Source of the DNA: an uncultured bacterium
Lineage (GTDB): Bacteria; Chlamydiota; Chlamydiia; Chlamydiales; SM23-39
NCBI GenBank assembly: GCA_963716985.1
Contig: OY970323.1
Coordinates: 832,001-896,000 of the forward strand
DNA length: 64,000 nt
Reading direction: 5' to 3'
Shown: in pieces, positions 1-10,425 of the stretch
Layout of the letters: each line of letters starts with the position of its first letter
Numbering within the stretch: the stretch's first letter is position 1
Notes under the pieces: generated by a model
Seen by the model: the letters and a program-made list of their open reading frames with translations, nothing else
What the model was told of the DNA's origin: nothing
Databases searched by the model: none
Translations under genes and position numbers: made by a program

Positions 1-660
1 AAAGGCTCTTTTCAAATTCAATAATCCGACTTTCCAATTGATCTTCGTTTTAATCGGACAATGCAACGTCTCTTTAAAAAGGAAATAAGCAAAAACCCAA
101 TTCAAAACAGCTAAACTCGCAGCCACGATGAAAGGAGTATCATAGCGATAGTATGAAAGAGAACCGCCCAACAAAGGCCCAACGGTGTATCCCAGCCCAA
201 CCATCATGGCGAACAGGCCAAAGTTTTTTGTTTTTTCTTCCGAGGTGCTGATATCAGCAATCGTTGCCTGAACAATCGAAATATTCCCTGAAGCAAGCCC
301 GATAATGATTCTGGATAATAGAATGGCCCATAGGCTGTAAAAATATATCCCGGCAAATGCGCAAAGAGCGCCGATACAGGTGACAATCAAACTGTATTGC
401 AACGGCCTTCTGCGGCCCCAATTATCAGATATCGTTCCCCAAACAGCTGAGCTAAAAAATTGAGACAGCGGAGTCAGCGACAATAAAAGACCCAGCCAAA
501 ACCCGCGCACCTCTGGGCTTGCATCGCTTGGCAGCAAGGGAAGAGATGGATCGAAAAGCATCGGTGAAAAAATTGGCCAAACGATTGCAACTCCCATGAA
601 ATCCATAAAAACGACAAAAAGCGCCACGCATAGAGATGCTGAAAATCGTTTCGTCTGCAT
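1..660 (-). CDS. MFS transporter, TetA/DHA1 drug:H+ antiporter-like (3' part outside window)
   Basis: Not in the ORF track; read manually from ATG at 660: MQTKRFSASLCVALFVVFMDFMGVAIVWPIF...WGTISDNWGRRRP (MFS motif A)...GLGYTVGPLLGG (motif C). Confidence 0.85.
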   Translation of the reverse strand, partial: MQTKRFSASLCVALFVVFMDFMGVAIVWPIFSPMLFDPSLPLLPSDASPEVRGFWLGLLLSLTPLSQFFSSAVWGTISDNWGRRRPLQYSLIVTCIGALCAFAGIYFYSLWAILLSRIIIGLASGNISIVQATIADISTSEEKTKNFGLFAMMVGLGYTVGPLLGGSLSYYRYDTPFIVAASLAVLNWVFAYFLFKETLHCPIKTKINWKVGLLNLKRAF

Positions 661-669
661 AATCAGGGG

Positions 670-1122
670 TCATCCTTTCGCCGGATCGATGTTTTTTATA
701 AAACAGACTAGCATACACACTTTTTCATAACCCAATTTTTCATGAAACATAATGCTGTCGTTATTCCAGTCCCATGTGTCTGACCCAACTTGCTTACAGC
801 CATTATTTTTTGCCCATTGTTCGCCAACTTCAAATAACATTCTGGCAATGCCGAGTTTTCGAAAGGTCTCTTTCACGTAAATTCCTTCTACATATCCGAC
901 TGGCTTGGAAGTAGCTCCGGTTATATGACCAAATCGCAAAGACATGGTAATGAATCCAATAGCCTTTCCATCTTTCTTATAAATAAATCCAATTTCTTTG
1001 GGTTCATTTATAATTCTGTCAAATTCCTTCGCCAGCTCATTCCTGGAATGATGCGGCCACAAAGCCAAAGCCATCATAATAAAGTCATCGATATCTGATG
1101 GATTAAATTGTTCAATATTCAT
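670..1122 (-). CDS. GNAT acetyltransferase, aminoglycoside 6'-N-acetyltransferase (AAC(6')-I)-like
   Basis: PVGYVEGIYV...RKLGIAR...GSDT...N.DSIMFHEKLGY, a motif set typical of AAC(6')-I. Confidence 0.75.
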   Translation of the reverse strand: MNIEQFNPSDIDDFIMMALALWPHHSRNELAKEFDRIINEPKEIGFIYKKDGKAIGFITMSLRFGHITGATSKPVGYVEGIYVKETFRKLGIARMLFEVGEQWAKNNGCKQVGSDTWDWNNDSIMFHEKLGYEKVCMLVCFIKNIDPAKG

Positions 1123-1133
1123 GAATCAAGACC

Positions 1134-1838
1134 TCAAAAAAATCGATCGTAAAGACGACGAGGCATCCATTTCAAAAGCCATGCAATCAATCTCCATCGG
1201 GGGGTTATGTACGCATGGGTCCTTTTCTTTTGAATGGCTTGAACAATCATTTCAGCCGCTTGCTTAACGGGAGTCACCCAAAATGTGGCGCCTTTCGCCA
1301 TTGCAGTATCGACAAAGCCGGGCTGGATATCAGTGATCGTAATGGCTCTTTGCTTCTTGGCCATTTGATGTCTAAAGCCCTCCAGATAATTCGAAACAAA
1401 TGCTTTGGATGCGCTATAACACCCACTGCCTCGCAAAGCAGCAATAGACGAAATACCCACTAGATGACCATGTCCCTGCGATAAAAAATGCTTCATGAAT
1501 ACATTGGCCATCGCACTGAAACCCAAAACATTCACTTCTATGGTTTCCTTGTCTTTGTTCCAATCAAGGTCGGGGTTAAGAAAGCCGACGCCGGAACTCA
1601 AAATGGCCAGATCCACTCCTCCCATTTCCTGAATGAGAGCCTCCACAAATGACATCGCTTCTTCTGGACGAGAGATATCCGCCTGTTTAATGAAAATCGG
1701 GGAATGAATTTCCTTTTGTAAGGAGGCCAGAAGCTCATGACGTCGCGCAACTACGCCAATTTCATAACCATCGCGAGCCAAGATTTTCGCAAGCTCTCGC
1801 CCCATTCCCGATGACGCCCCGATAATAATCGCTTTCAT
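1134..1838 (-). CDS. SDR family oxidoreductase
   Basis: MKAIIIGASSGMG Rossmann start, YSASK catalytic motif, PGFVDT; true start at 1838 (ATGA overlap with the upstream stop). Confidence 0.9.
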   Translation of the reverse strand: MKAIIIGASSGMGRELAKILARDGYEIGVVARRHELLASLQKEIHSPIFIKQADISRPEEAMSFVEALIQEMGGVDLAILSSGVGFLNPDLDWNKDKETIEVNVLGFSAMANVFMKHFLSQGHGHLVGISSIAALRGSGCYSASKAFVSNYLEGFRHQMAKKQRAITITDIQPGFVDTAMAKGATFWVTPVKQAAEMIVQAIQKKRTHAYITPRWRLIAWLLKWMPRRLYDRFF

Positions 1839-2665
1839 GATTGGTCCCGCATGTTGAGAATATATTCGGTCATCGTTTGATCTAACTCTGAGAGTGTAAA
1901 CCCACACATGATAGCTGTTTCTGCCGAAATTCTTCGAAATAATTCGATGGCACGCATGAGGGCAAGCCAACAATCGTTTTGATCGAAATGAGCAAAAACA
2001 TGCTGAATGGCTTCGCGAGTTTCTGGACAGACCCAAGCATGCAGATTTTTCCCATTCGGATGCAAAGGGACAGTCCAATTACTGCGTGCTTGCTCGTTCC
2101 ATTCAATCATCTTGAGAAGGAAGTGATTTCGAAGTAAGCCCATTCGAAAAAGAGCCGACCACAAATCGTTTCTTTTTAAATATTTAGATACATGATATGC
2201 CTCGAACCAAAACTCTTGAATCACTGTATCAAACATCTGCTGCGTGGGTTTGGATACGAACGGCTTTAGATGTTTCGGTAGGTTTTGTGTTAGCTTTTCT
2301 TTATCGACCCAGACTTTGAATCCGGCCTGAAAATCACCCGGCATGGGAGAGCCCTGGTTCCATCTCTTGAGAAGATCCGTGGGCCAAAAGGAAAAATCCA
2401 CTTTGATTCCGCCATCGAAAATCACAAGTCTCGTCGGAAATGATTGATCTTCCCATTCCTTGTGTTCGTGAACACAGATCCAAACTTTCCCGAACTGGCT
2501 GAGCCATTGATCATCGTCAATGAAGGAAGGGATTGAATCAGCAAACACGCAGACATCGTAATCGGATAATTCATCGACCTCATTTTGCTGAGCGCGAGAG
2601 CCGACCAAAATCAAGGCTTTGATGGATGGATGATTGTGGGCCCAGTTAATGAATAGCTGCTGCAT
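1835..2665 (-). CDS. Aminoglycoside 6-adenylyltransferase (AadE/AadK, ANT(6))-like nucleotidyltransferase
   Basis: GSRA...DELSDYD nucleotidyltransferase motif, RLVIFDGGIKVDF, EFWFEAYHVSKYLKRNDLW. Confidence 0.8.
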   Translation of the reverse strand: MQQLFINWAHNHPSIKALILVGSRAQQNEVDELSDYDVCVFADSIPSFIDDDQWLSQFGKVWICVHEHKEWEDQSFPTRLVIFDGGIKVDFSFWPTDLLKRWNQGSPMPGDFQAGFKVWVDKEKLTQNLPKHLKPFVSKPTQQMFDTVIQEFWFEAYHVSKYLKRNDLWSALFRMGLLRNHFLLKMIEWNEQARSNWTVPLHPNGKNLHAWVCPETREAIQHVFAHFDQNDCWLALMRAIELFRRISAETAIMCGFTLSELDQTMTEYILNMRDQS

Positions 2666-2666
2666 G

Positions 2667-4574
2667 TTATTCGCTATTATTCAAATGTTTATGAAGAAAT
2701 TCCTCGGCAATGGCCGTGAATTTTAAAACGTTGCTAGGGCGCATCAAACCATGTCCTTCATCAGGGATGACAATATACTCAACCGTTTTTCCGTTCTTTC
2801 GGATGGCAGACACAATTTGATCGCTTTCAGATTGTTTGACGCGAGCATCGTTGGCTCCCTGAATAATCAAAAGAGGACGACAAATTTGGTCAGCTTTGAA
2901 TAGCGGCGATCGGGATTCTAAAAATTCACGCTCAGTTTGTAAATTTCCAACACGCACATAGAATTTCGGCAAACGCGAACTCCAGTACGGCGGAACAGTT
3001 TCTAAGAGGCTAACTAAGTTGGAAGGACCAAAAAGATCGATCCCGCAACAAAACTCTTCTGGCGTAAAAGTTAATCCCACAAGGGTAGCGTATCCACCGT
3101 AACTCATTCCATAAATGGCAATTTTCTTTGAATCAGCGATATTCTGATCAATGAGCCATTGTTTGCCATCCAATAGATCGGTTTGCATTTTGCCGCCCCA
3201 TTCATGATTCCCAGCATTAAGATACTGTTTCCCATATCCAGTCGACCCACGAAAATTGATTTGCAAAACAGCATATCCTCGATTTGCAAGCAATTGAACA
3301 TCGGGAGAATATTGCCAACTATCACGTAACCATGGACCTCCATGAACGCACAATACTGTAGGCAAATTTTTCGGCTCTTTCCCTTTCGGAAGAGTCAGAT
3401 AGCCATATAATTTCATGCCATCTCTGGCTTGAAATGAAATTGGCATCATGGGGCATAGATCATACCTTTCTAGCTCAGGCCGTGTGGAAAATAAGAATTG
3501 CGTTTTTTGTGAGGTGCGATCGTACAAATAAAAACGCGCTGGAATGCAATCTGAGCGATAACCAATAATCCAATGTTTATCTTGCAAATCACGAGAAACA
3601 ATACTCATTGTCATATCTTTACGCTCAAGAACGGCAAAATCGGTTTGGACGCTCGGATCTAAAACAATCCATTCCGGCCGAGCCCGATTGATGCGGATAG
3701 CTTGGATTTCTTGAGAAATGGGATGCCCCGTGATGGCAGAATCCGATAAATCGTATTGAAGATCTTGCGCGAGCGTTTGCAGAGAGCCGTCATTCAAATC
3801 GACTTGCACAAGTCGCTCTGTATTGGCTCCGACGCTGGAAATCATATTTAGAAATCTACCATCTGCAGAAAACGAGAGAATATCACCGCTTTCTTCTGGA
3901 CCCCATCGCATCAATTCGCACCAAGGAGACGTTACATCATCGCGCACTCGAACAATTATATTCCCATCTGGATCATACGCAATAGAGGCTCGTATTTGAA
4001 GATTGCTATCCGCCTTCCATTTAAGAACTCGATATGTATCTTCCAATTCGAGTTCGCATGTACCAGTTTTTAAATTGACCCGATACGCATCAAAAATGGA
4101 TCGATTGCGCAGATTGATTTGTAAGAGAATTTCATCGGGGAATGTCGATTTATAAGCGACAATCTTTGCTCTCGCCCCATCAAAGGGGGTTAAATCGCGC
4201 GTCTGCTTTGTAACGAGGTCTGTTTGATACAGATGATAGTTTTCATCGCCATCGTGGTCTTGAAGATAAAGAATCGCTTTTGAGTCATATCGCCATAAAA
4301 AGGATTGAATGCCATGCTCATCTGAAGTGATGAGCGTTTCTTCCGATCGACCCAAATCTTTGATCCAGACATTCATGACATTTTTTTGATCCGGAGCCAA
4401 AAAACCCAGTGTTTTTCCGTCCGGAGAAATCATCGGAGCTGTCTTTCCCGGATTGCCAAACAAAACTTCACGTGGAATCATTGCAGAAGAATAGGCGAAT
4501 GGAGCGATGCAAGAAACCAAGCTAAACGCCATCAGAAATATAACCCGAGCCATTCGACCCTCCGTTTTAACCAT
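2667..4574 (-). CDS. S9 family (prolyl oligopeptidase/dipeptidyl aminopeptidase) peptidase, secreted
   Basis: Signal peptide, VHGGPW, GMSYGG nucleophile, GANDARV, DEGHG. Confidence 0.92.
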   Translation of the reverse strand: MVKTEGRMARVIFLMAFSLVSCIAPFAYSSAMIPREVLFGNPGKTAPMISPDGKTLGFLAPDQKNVMNVWIKDLGRSEETLITSDEHGIQSFLWRYDSKAILYLQDHDGDENYHLYQTDLVTKQTRDLTPFDGARAKIVAYKSTFPDEILLQINLRNRSIFDAYRVNLKTGTCELELEDTYRVLKWKADSNLQIRASIAYDPDGNIIVRVRDDVTSPWCELMRWGPEESGDILSFSADGRFLNMISSVGANTERLVQVDLNDGSLQTLAQDLQYDLSDSAITGHPISQEIQAIRINRARPEWIVLDPSVQTDFAVLERKDMTMSIVSRDLQDKHWIIGYRSDCIPARFYLYDRTSQKTQFLFSTRPELERYDLCPMMPISFQARDGMKLYGYLTLPKGKEPKNLPTVLCVHGGPWLRDSWQYSPDVQLLANRGYAVLQINFRGSTGYGKQYLNAGNHEWGGKMQTDLLDGKQWLIDQNIADSKKIAIYGMSYGGYATLVGLTFTPEEFCCGIDLFGPSNLVSLLETVPPYWSSRLPKFYVRVGNLQTEREFLESRSPLFKADQICRPLLIIQGANDARVKQSESDQIVSAIRKNGKTVEYIVIPDEGHGLMRPSNVLKFTAIAEEFLHKHLNNSE

Positions 4575-4746
4575 AAATGCTTTTAAATTAAGTCACTTAA
4601 TGATACGGGTTATCTCTTCAAAATGTCAATTTTGTTAGACAACGCGCGCTGCGTTAGATAAATATTTGATTCTTAATTATTTAAGTTGATTGCAGTTCAG
4701 TTAATTCTTCGTCCGCATACATGATCGATGCCAGCTCGACGAGTAA

Positions 4747-6648
4747 CTACGCCCAAGTACGCAAACCAATGACGCCCCAGTATGTCAAATACACGGTAGC
4801 GATCATTAAGGCCGCGGAAACAATCATCGAATATATGCGCACGCGAGGGCGGACTTCCTGCCTGGGAGCGCGCCATATGGCTATGCTACTTACGATTGAT
4901 GCAACAGCAAATACAATGGTTGCCGAAAACAGAGAAAATGACCAAGTGGTTAAATTTCCCAGACGGGGAATTATATCAGAATCACAGCAGCTTATGATGG
5001 AAACAATGCTAATTAGGCTTAGCACAGCAACCAGCGGCCAAATTCGCATCATACGCTCTGTAGGACGACGGCGCTTTTTGCAAAGGCCGCCAAGGGTCCA
5101 GAATGGCGCATAAATGAGTATGGAAATGATGGAAAGTAAAACAAATCCGGTGACGATAATCTCGGGTATTGCCAACCATGTTGGAATGTGTTTCATGGTT
5201 GCCATACCGTAAATCTGGATAAAACGCCCTTCGGCATTGTCAATCAATGCCAGAGTGGGGATTGGTTCGGGAGGATGATCCGAGGGGACATACCGGAATT
5301 GACTGTCCGTGACGGGAAGAAAGGTAGCTTTTCTTTCATTGAGGGAGGTCATGAAAAGCTTGTTGTCGCCAAAATGGATGTAAGCTTTTCCAATCAAGCG
5401 TTCAAGAAAAGAAAATAACTCCGCGCGTGGTGAGTCAGATTCATACCAACCGGCATATTCATTTGCCTTTGCAGAAAGAGGTGCAATCGGAGGAATAGCC
5501 GGTTTTGATAGGTTGTTTGTGATGTATGCCCGAATCATTTTGCCAATTTTACCAAAAGCTTCGCCATTGCCTGTGTTGATGCTATAGAAATAGCCAATGC
5601 CAATATCTGGCATGTAGGCCATTTCAGTAAGATCTCCTTCAACTCCACCATTATGTCCGTGATAAACAAAGCCATCTTGCACAGTCCAGTAATTGCTGAG
5701 CCCATATCCCATTTTCAATCCTTCTTTGGCCGCCCAAGTGCTGGCTGGAATTTCCATCCGATCCATATCCACTGCTGGAATGACTTGAATGCCGTTGATG
5801 TTGCCACGATTCAGATAGAAAAGGATGTAATTGGCCATATCATGAGCTGAAGCATTGATAGAACCCGCAGGACGATAAATAATGTGCCAATAGGGAACGG
5901 CCGTTCGGCCATCATCGTGATAAAGCGTTGCGGCAGCCAATTCTGCAGCCGGTTGAAAATAGGTCGCTGTTTTCATTCCAATCGGTTGAAAAAAGTTCTG
6001 CTCAACATAATCTTCGAAGCGCTGGCCAGTAATTTTTTCAACGATGTAGGCGGCAACGGCAGGGCCAGAATTGCAATAAGCATGGCGCGTGCCCGGTCGC
6101 CAACGGGAGATGCGAGAATGATGATCGTAATCAAATGCTTCGAGCAGGCCGATAGTCGCATCCTCCTTGGCATATTCACGAAAATGCATATCGTCCCAAC
6201 CTGTGGTATGCTCGAGAAGATGCACAACGCGGATGGGATCGCTCGTTTCCCACTGATTTTCAAACCACACCTCAGGCACCAGTTTGTGTACTGGATCTTC
6301 GAGCGATAGCTTCCCTTGGTCCGCGAGACGAAGGATCGCAAGTGAGGCAAATGCTTTCGACGTAGAACCGATGCGAAACAGCGTTTCTGCCGTTGCAGCT
6401 CGATTGCTGGCTACATCGGCGAGCCCCAGTCCGGTCACCCACTGAGGACCATCTCGATGCACAATCGCAACAGACATACCCGGGATGTGCGTCTCTTTGA
6501 GAGTTTGTTCGAGCTGTTTTTGTAATTCTTCTATCGATTGCGCAGGCAATATTTTGTCAGAATTCTCTTGGGATGCGCAGACGGAACTAAAGCAACAAAA
6601 AAGAAGCGAGATAATAACAGTACTTATAGTTTTAAATTTATTTTTCAT
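4747..6648 (-). CDS. Serine hydrolase (beta-lactamase/class C fold) with C-terminal membrane anchor
   Basis: Signal peptide, FRIGSTSK (SxxK), YCN (YxN), GHNGG; four hydrophobic segments at the C-terminus. Confidence 0.85.
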   Translation of the reverse strand: MKNKFKTISTVIISLLFCCFSSVCASQENSDKILPAQSIEELQKQLEQTLKETHIPGMSVAIVHRDGPQWVTGLGLADVASNRAATAETLFRIGSTSKAFASLAILRLADQGKLSLEDPVHKLVPEVWFENQWETSDPIRVVHLLEHTTGWDDMHFREYAKEDATIGLLEAFDYDHHSRISRWRPGTRHAYCNSGPAVAAYIVEKITGQRFEDYVEQNFFQPIGMKTATYFQPAAELAAATLYHDDGRTAVPYWHIIYRPAGSINASAHDMANYILFYLNRGNINGIQVIPAVDMDRMEIPASTWAAKEGLKMGYGLSNYWTVQDGFVYHGHNGGVEGDLTEMAYMPDIGIGYFYSINTGNGEAFGKIGKMIRAYITNNLSKPAIPPIAPLSAKANEYAGWYESDSPRAELFSFLERLIGKAYIHFGDNKLFMTSLNERKATFLPVTDSQFRYVPSDHPPEPIPTLALIDNAEGRFIQIYGMATMKHIPTWLAIPEIIVTGFVLLSIISILIYAPFWTLGGLCKKRRRPTERMMRIWPLVAVLSLISIVSIISCCDSDIIPRLGNLTTWSFSLFSATIVFAVASIVSSIAIWRAPRQEVRPRVRIYSMIVSAALMIATVYLTYWGVIGLRTWA

Positions 6649-6653
6649 TGTTG

Positions 6654-7046
6654 TTAACTTCGCTCCGCAAATTCCACAATGTTCCCATCAGGATCCTTAA
6701 TCATTGCAATATGAACTCCAGGGCGAACCTCTTTTTCAGTCATAACAAACTCTATCCCTTTACTCCGGAGTTCTATGCAAAGTTTCGAAAGATTTTTAAT
6801 TACAAACGTGACGTAGCGAAAACCTAATTGACTTTCTAGTCCGGTGTGCCCCTTGGGTGGCTTAGTGTGAAGATCGATCAATTTAAAATCGCTACTTCCA
6901 ACCTTCAAACGATACATTTTCCCAGCTGGTACAGGCATTTCTTCTACAAACTTTAGCCCTAATATGTTTTGGTAAAAGTTAAGACTTGTCTTGATATCAC
7001 CAACCACAATCCCGAGATCCAACGAGTCTTTCGCTAGCTCAATCAT
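6654..7046 (-). CDS. VOC/glyoxalase family protein
   Basis: FYQNILGL, IKDPDGNIVEF. Confidence 0.88.
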   Translation of the reverse strand: MIELAKDSLDLGIVVGDIKTSLNFYQNILGLKFVEEMPVPAGKMYRLKVGSSDFKLIDLHTKPPKGHTGLESQLGFRYVTFVIKNLSKLCIELRSKGIEFVMTEKEVRPGVHIAMIKDPDGNIVEFAERS

Positions 7047-7073
7047 TTTTATCTTCCTCTCTTTAGCTAGAAA

Positions 7074-7562
7074 TTAATTTTTAACTTTCTTTTCGTCTCC
7101 TAAAAATACCATGTAAGAATGCACACTTGCAACGATTTTTTCAGGAAGAGGCTGGTCCTTAAGTTCCTCGATCAGAGCAGCGACCTTTTCCAAGTGCTGA
7201 GCGTCTTGAAATTGCGGTTCTTTAGGAAGTGCGAGCGTATAGAGATAAAGGCACAAAATTTTTAGACGGAGTGCGGCGTCCGTCTTCTGCTCCGAATCTT
7301 CAATCAACGCCAGTTCATGAAACAGATTGGCTCCGAGCACACATTTCTGAGTTTCGAGTCGATTGGCATAGTCCTTGAAGTGATCCAGGAATTGATCGTT
7401 GTCAAAGAGAAGTAATAAATCGATATCCGTTCTTAAGAGAGAGCGTGTTGCAATTCGAACTTGCTCTCGAGCCTCCTTGTATTCGCCCGCTTTCCGTAAA
7501 CCAATGATAGCAACAAGCGCTTGAACAAATTGTTCAACGATCCTCATGATATAATCTTGCAT
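7074..7562 (-). CDS. Hypothetical protein (DUF6483-like, helical)
   Basis: MQDYIMRIVEQF N-terminus; operonic spacing. Confidence 0.6.
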   Translation of the reverse strand: MQDYIMRIVEQFVQALVAIIGLRKAGEYKEAREQVRIATRSLLRTDIDLLLLFDNDQFLDHFKDYANRLETQKCVLGANLFHELALIEDSEQKTDAALRLKILCLYLYTLALPKEPQFQDAQHLEKVAALIEELKDQPLPEKIVASVHSYMVFLGDEKKVKN

Positions 7563-7563
7563 T

Positions 7564-8577
7564 TTAGGGCTCTTGAGTTCCTGGGCAAATCTTAATCAAT
7601 TCTTGTACCGCGCGCACAATCAATTCCGGTTGTCGGAAGGGGATCATATGATCGCTTTTTTCTGCGATAAGATGATGAGATCCAACAAACTTCGATGCCA
7701 GATCTTTTTGAAGACCATCCCAGATTACTTTTGTTTCGTGCATCATTTTCTGTTTTTCAGCCGAAACCGAGACTGCATTTTCAAGTCCTGCGGTCAGCAC
7801 AAAGCAAGGCTTATTCTCGATCAGAGAGCGGTCCATGTTTTCCAATTGCTTTAGACTTTCCGTCAGGCATCTGAATTGTGCAGCAATTGCACAAACATGC
7901 TTCGCTGTGGTACAGACTGCCAGATTCGCGCCATCAAAAGGAGAGCTCACCATTTTTGGAATTTTTCTCTCCGCAAAAAATCGATAAAACCCTGAGGCCG
8001 CCATCAAGTAACTGATCAATGGTTTCATCAAAAATTTTGCAACCGCCTCGCCGGGCACGGGAGGCATTTTCTTTTCCATTTGCTCATCACCGGAATCGAC
8101 GAGAACTAAACCCAATACTTCATCTGGATAAGTCGCAGCATAAAGCTGAACATTAAGGCCGCCAAATGAATGGCCCACAAGAATATACGGTTTTGGAACG
8201 TGGGCATTGATCAACAGTGTGTGTAACTCTTGGACAATCTGTTTGCTGGTTCGTGGAAAGGGGCTAGACTCGCTCCATCCCAACCCGGCTCGATCGAAGC
8301 TAACAACTTGGGTAAATTTAGCAATCTCTGGCTGAACTAAACACCAATGGGTGCTGATGCAACCCAGTCCCGCATCTAAAATAACAGCAGGGCCACCCGA
8401 TCCCGCGCTGTAAAGATGAAGCTTATATCCTCCGACATCCACCATTTTCCCAGGAGGCGGATATTTTCTCTCTTCTCTCTTTGACCTGATCCTTTGATAT
8501 GCTATTCCTGCAACCAGCAAAACGATAATCAGGCCAAGAAGACCAAACCCAATGATTCCACACCACATCCAAAACAC
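7564..8577 (-). CDS. Alpha/beta fold hydrolase, membrane anchored
   Basis: N-terminal TM, PPPGKMVDVGG, DRAGLGWS, GHSFGG, SDH. Confidence 0.9.
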   Translation of the reverse strand: MFWMWCGIIGFGLLGLIIVLLVAGIAYQRIRSKREERKYPPPGKMVDVGGYKLHLYSAGSGGPAVILDAGLGCISTHWCLVQPEIAKFTQVVSFDRAGLGWSESSPFPRTSKQIVQELHTLLINAHVPKPYILVGHSFGGLNVQLYAATYPDEVLGLVLVDSGDEQMEKKMPPVPGEAVAKFLMKPLISYLMAASGFYRFFAERKIPKMVSSPFDGANLAVCTTAKHVCAIAAQFRCLTESLKQLENMDRSLIENKPCFVLTAGLENAVSVSAEKQKMMHETKVIWDGLQKDLASKFVGSHHLIAEKSDHMIPFRQPELIVRAVQELIKICPGTQEP

Positions 8578-8597
8578 ACTATTCTCCTCGTGTCTGC

Positions 8598-10403
8598 CTA
8601 CTTAATAGCTTTTGCTTTCAAAGTGAACGTTTGTCCAGCTTGAACAAGCTGCAAACTGGAAATGGTCCCCTCTGGCGCTGGAATAAATTGAAGGGAACAG
8701 TTCGGCGATTCTTTTAAAGAAAACAGATTTGGTTTTTCCGGCTTCATTTCATAAGGAGGCTGCCCCAAGACCGTGGCTATTAGGCGGCCCTTTTTGAGGG
8801 CAACTTCCACAGAAAACACCGAGCATTCAAAAGTCCCTGTGAATTTTTTCAAATAATCTGCAGCGAGAAGCTCATCGGCAGCCTTTCTTTTAAAAACAAT
8901 CGGCGTAAGCGCTAATTCCAGGCCTATATGGAACTCAGAAATCTCGCCTGTTGCATTGCGTATAAAAGAGCAGCTAAATTTGTGATCCATTATTAATTTG
9001 GAAGCCCCGGTAAAGTGATCATAGCATTTATTTGTAAGGACATAGGATAGATCATTGAAAGATGCGCATAACTTGTCCTGATCCAGAAAAATTCGGATAA
9101 TTCCATATCCAGGATGTTCAAAATCACCGATATATTGCTCAAAAGAACATGCAGAAATCGCTTCAGCAACTACTTCTCCGGTATCTTTTGCTTCCATCAG
9201 TTCTTTCATCTGTTTTTCTTTCTCTTCGACCTTTGAAAGCCATTGATCATTTTCCTTTCCAAGCAGCATGTCAGCAATTCCAAGTGTTGCACTGAGAGGA
9301 AATAAGAAATGGCTATCAGAATTTGTCAGAATGACAACGCCGATTTTTTCTTCCGGCAATAAAAGAACTTGTGAAATAAATCCATCGATCCCGCCGCCAT
9401 GAGTTACGACATAGTGTCCTTTATGCAATCCCGTAAACCACCCTAACCCATACCCAAACATGTCTTCAAAAAAGGGAGAATGAACAGGCATGTGAACGAT
9501 ATGCATCTCTTTTAATGTTTCCGAATGGATCAAACGCTTTCCATTCATCTCTCCTTGAGATAGTTGCAGCTGAATCCACCGGGTCATGTTTTCCACTGAG
9601 GAATTAATGGAACCGGCAGGACCTATGTTGGAAAGCGGTCTAAAAGAGATCAATTCAATTTGCTTATTTTTTTCTGTATGAGGGGAGGCAAAATCGTTTG
9701 ATTGCTGCGATTCATCCACTAAAAAATTGGAACGATTCATACCAAGAGGCGAAAAAATATGCGACCCCACAAAATCTTCCCATGTCTGACCGGAAACTCT
9801 TTCAATGACAAGCCCCGCTACCGCATACATCAGATTGTTGTATTGAAACTTCTCTCGAAGATCGCATGTAGGTTCCAGATGCTGTAATCGATTGAGAATT
9901 TCACATCGAGGAAATTTTGAGTTGTACCACACCATGTCATGGCGAGGCAGCCCAGACCGATGCGTTACTAAATCCCTGATCGTCAAGTGATGCGTCGCAT
10001 GAATATCGTGAAGCCGGAATTCAGGGATATATTTGATCACAGGATCTTCCCAGCCAATGGCCCCTTCATCGACGAGTTGCCCCAAAGCAAATGTCGTAAA
10101 TGCTTTTGAACAAGAGCCAATTGCAAAAAGCGTGTTTTCTGTGACAGGCGTCAGCTCAGAAAATTTACGGACGCCATAGCCTTTGGTGAAAATCACTTGT
10201 CCATTCATGACGATTCCAACGGCCATTCCAGGAATGCGAAAGCTTTCAAGCGCTCGATTCATCATGGAATCAATCTCATCCAGCTTTTTGGGGATGTCGA
10301 GACTAATCTCTTTGATTTCTTGGGAAGATTCAGAAGCAGCTAACGGGCCGCTTCCGATCAGCAATGATGCGCTAAGTATTGCTATGTGTTTGTTCTTAGT
10401 CAT
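8598..10403 (-). CDS. Serine hydrolase (class C beta-lactamase fold) with DUF3471-like C-terminal domains
   Basis: FAIGSCSK, FQYNN, HGGGIDGF, GDFEHPGYG. Confidence 0.88.
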   Translation of the reverse strand: MTKNKHIAILSASLLIGSGPLAASESSQEIKEISLDIPKKLDEIDSMMNRALESFRIPGMAVGIVMNGQVIFTKGYGVRKFSELTPVTENTLFAIGSCSKAFTTFALGQLVDEGAIGWEDPVIKYIPEFRLHDIHATHHLTIRDLVTHRSGLPRHDMVWYNSKFPRCEILNRLQHLEPTCDLREKFQYNNLMYAVAGLVIERVSGQTWEDFVGSHIFSPLGMNRSNFLVDESQQSNDFASPHTEKNKQIELISFRPLSNIGPAGSINSSVENMTRWIQLQLSQGEMNGKRLIHSETLKEMHIVHMPVHSPFFEDMFGYGLGWFTGLHKGHYVVTHGGGIDGFISQVLLLPEEKIGVVILTNSDSHFLFPLSATLGIADMLLGKENDQWLSKVEEKEKQMKELMEAKDTGEVVAEAISACSFEQYIGDFEHPGYGIIRIFLDQDKLCASFNDLSYVLTNKCYDHFTGASKLIMDHKFSCSFIRNATGEISEFHIGLELALTPIVFKRKAADELLAADYLKKFTGTFECSVFSVEVALKKGRLIATVLGQPPYEMKPEKPNLFSLKESPNCSLQFIPAPEGTISSLQLVQAGQTFTLKAKAIK

Positions 10404-10425
10404 TTAAATCCTTTATATTTTTAAT

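Noticed and set aside
204..718. ORF-track ORFs 204-386 and 452-718
   Set aside because: Off-frame shadows of the MFS gene starting at 660
1839..2078. N-terminal extension of the SDR
   Set aside because: Overlaps the ANT(6)-like gene; the Rossmann fold begins at Met 1838
4747..10403. Calling the serine hydrolases true beta-lactamases
   Set aside because: SxxK/YxN fold is shared with many peptidases and esterases; extra domains argue against AmpC
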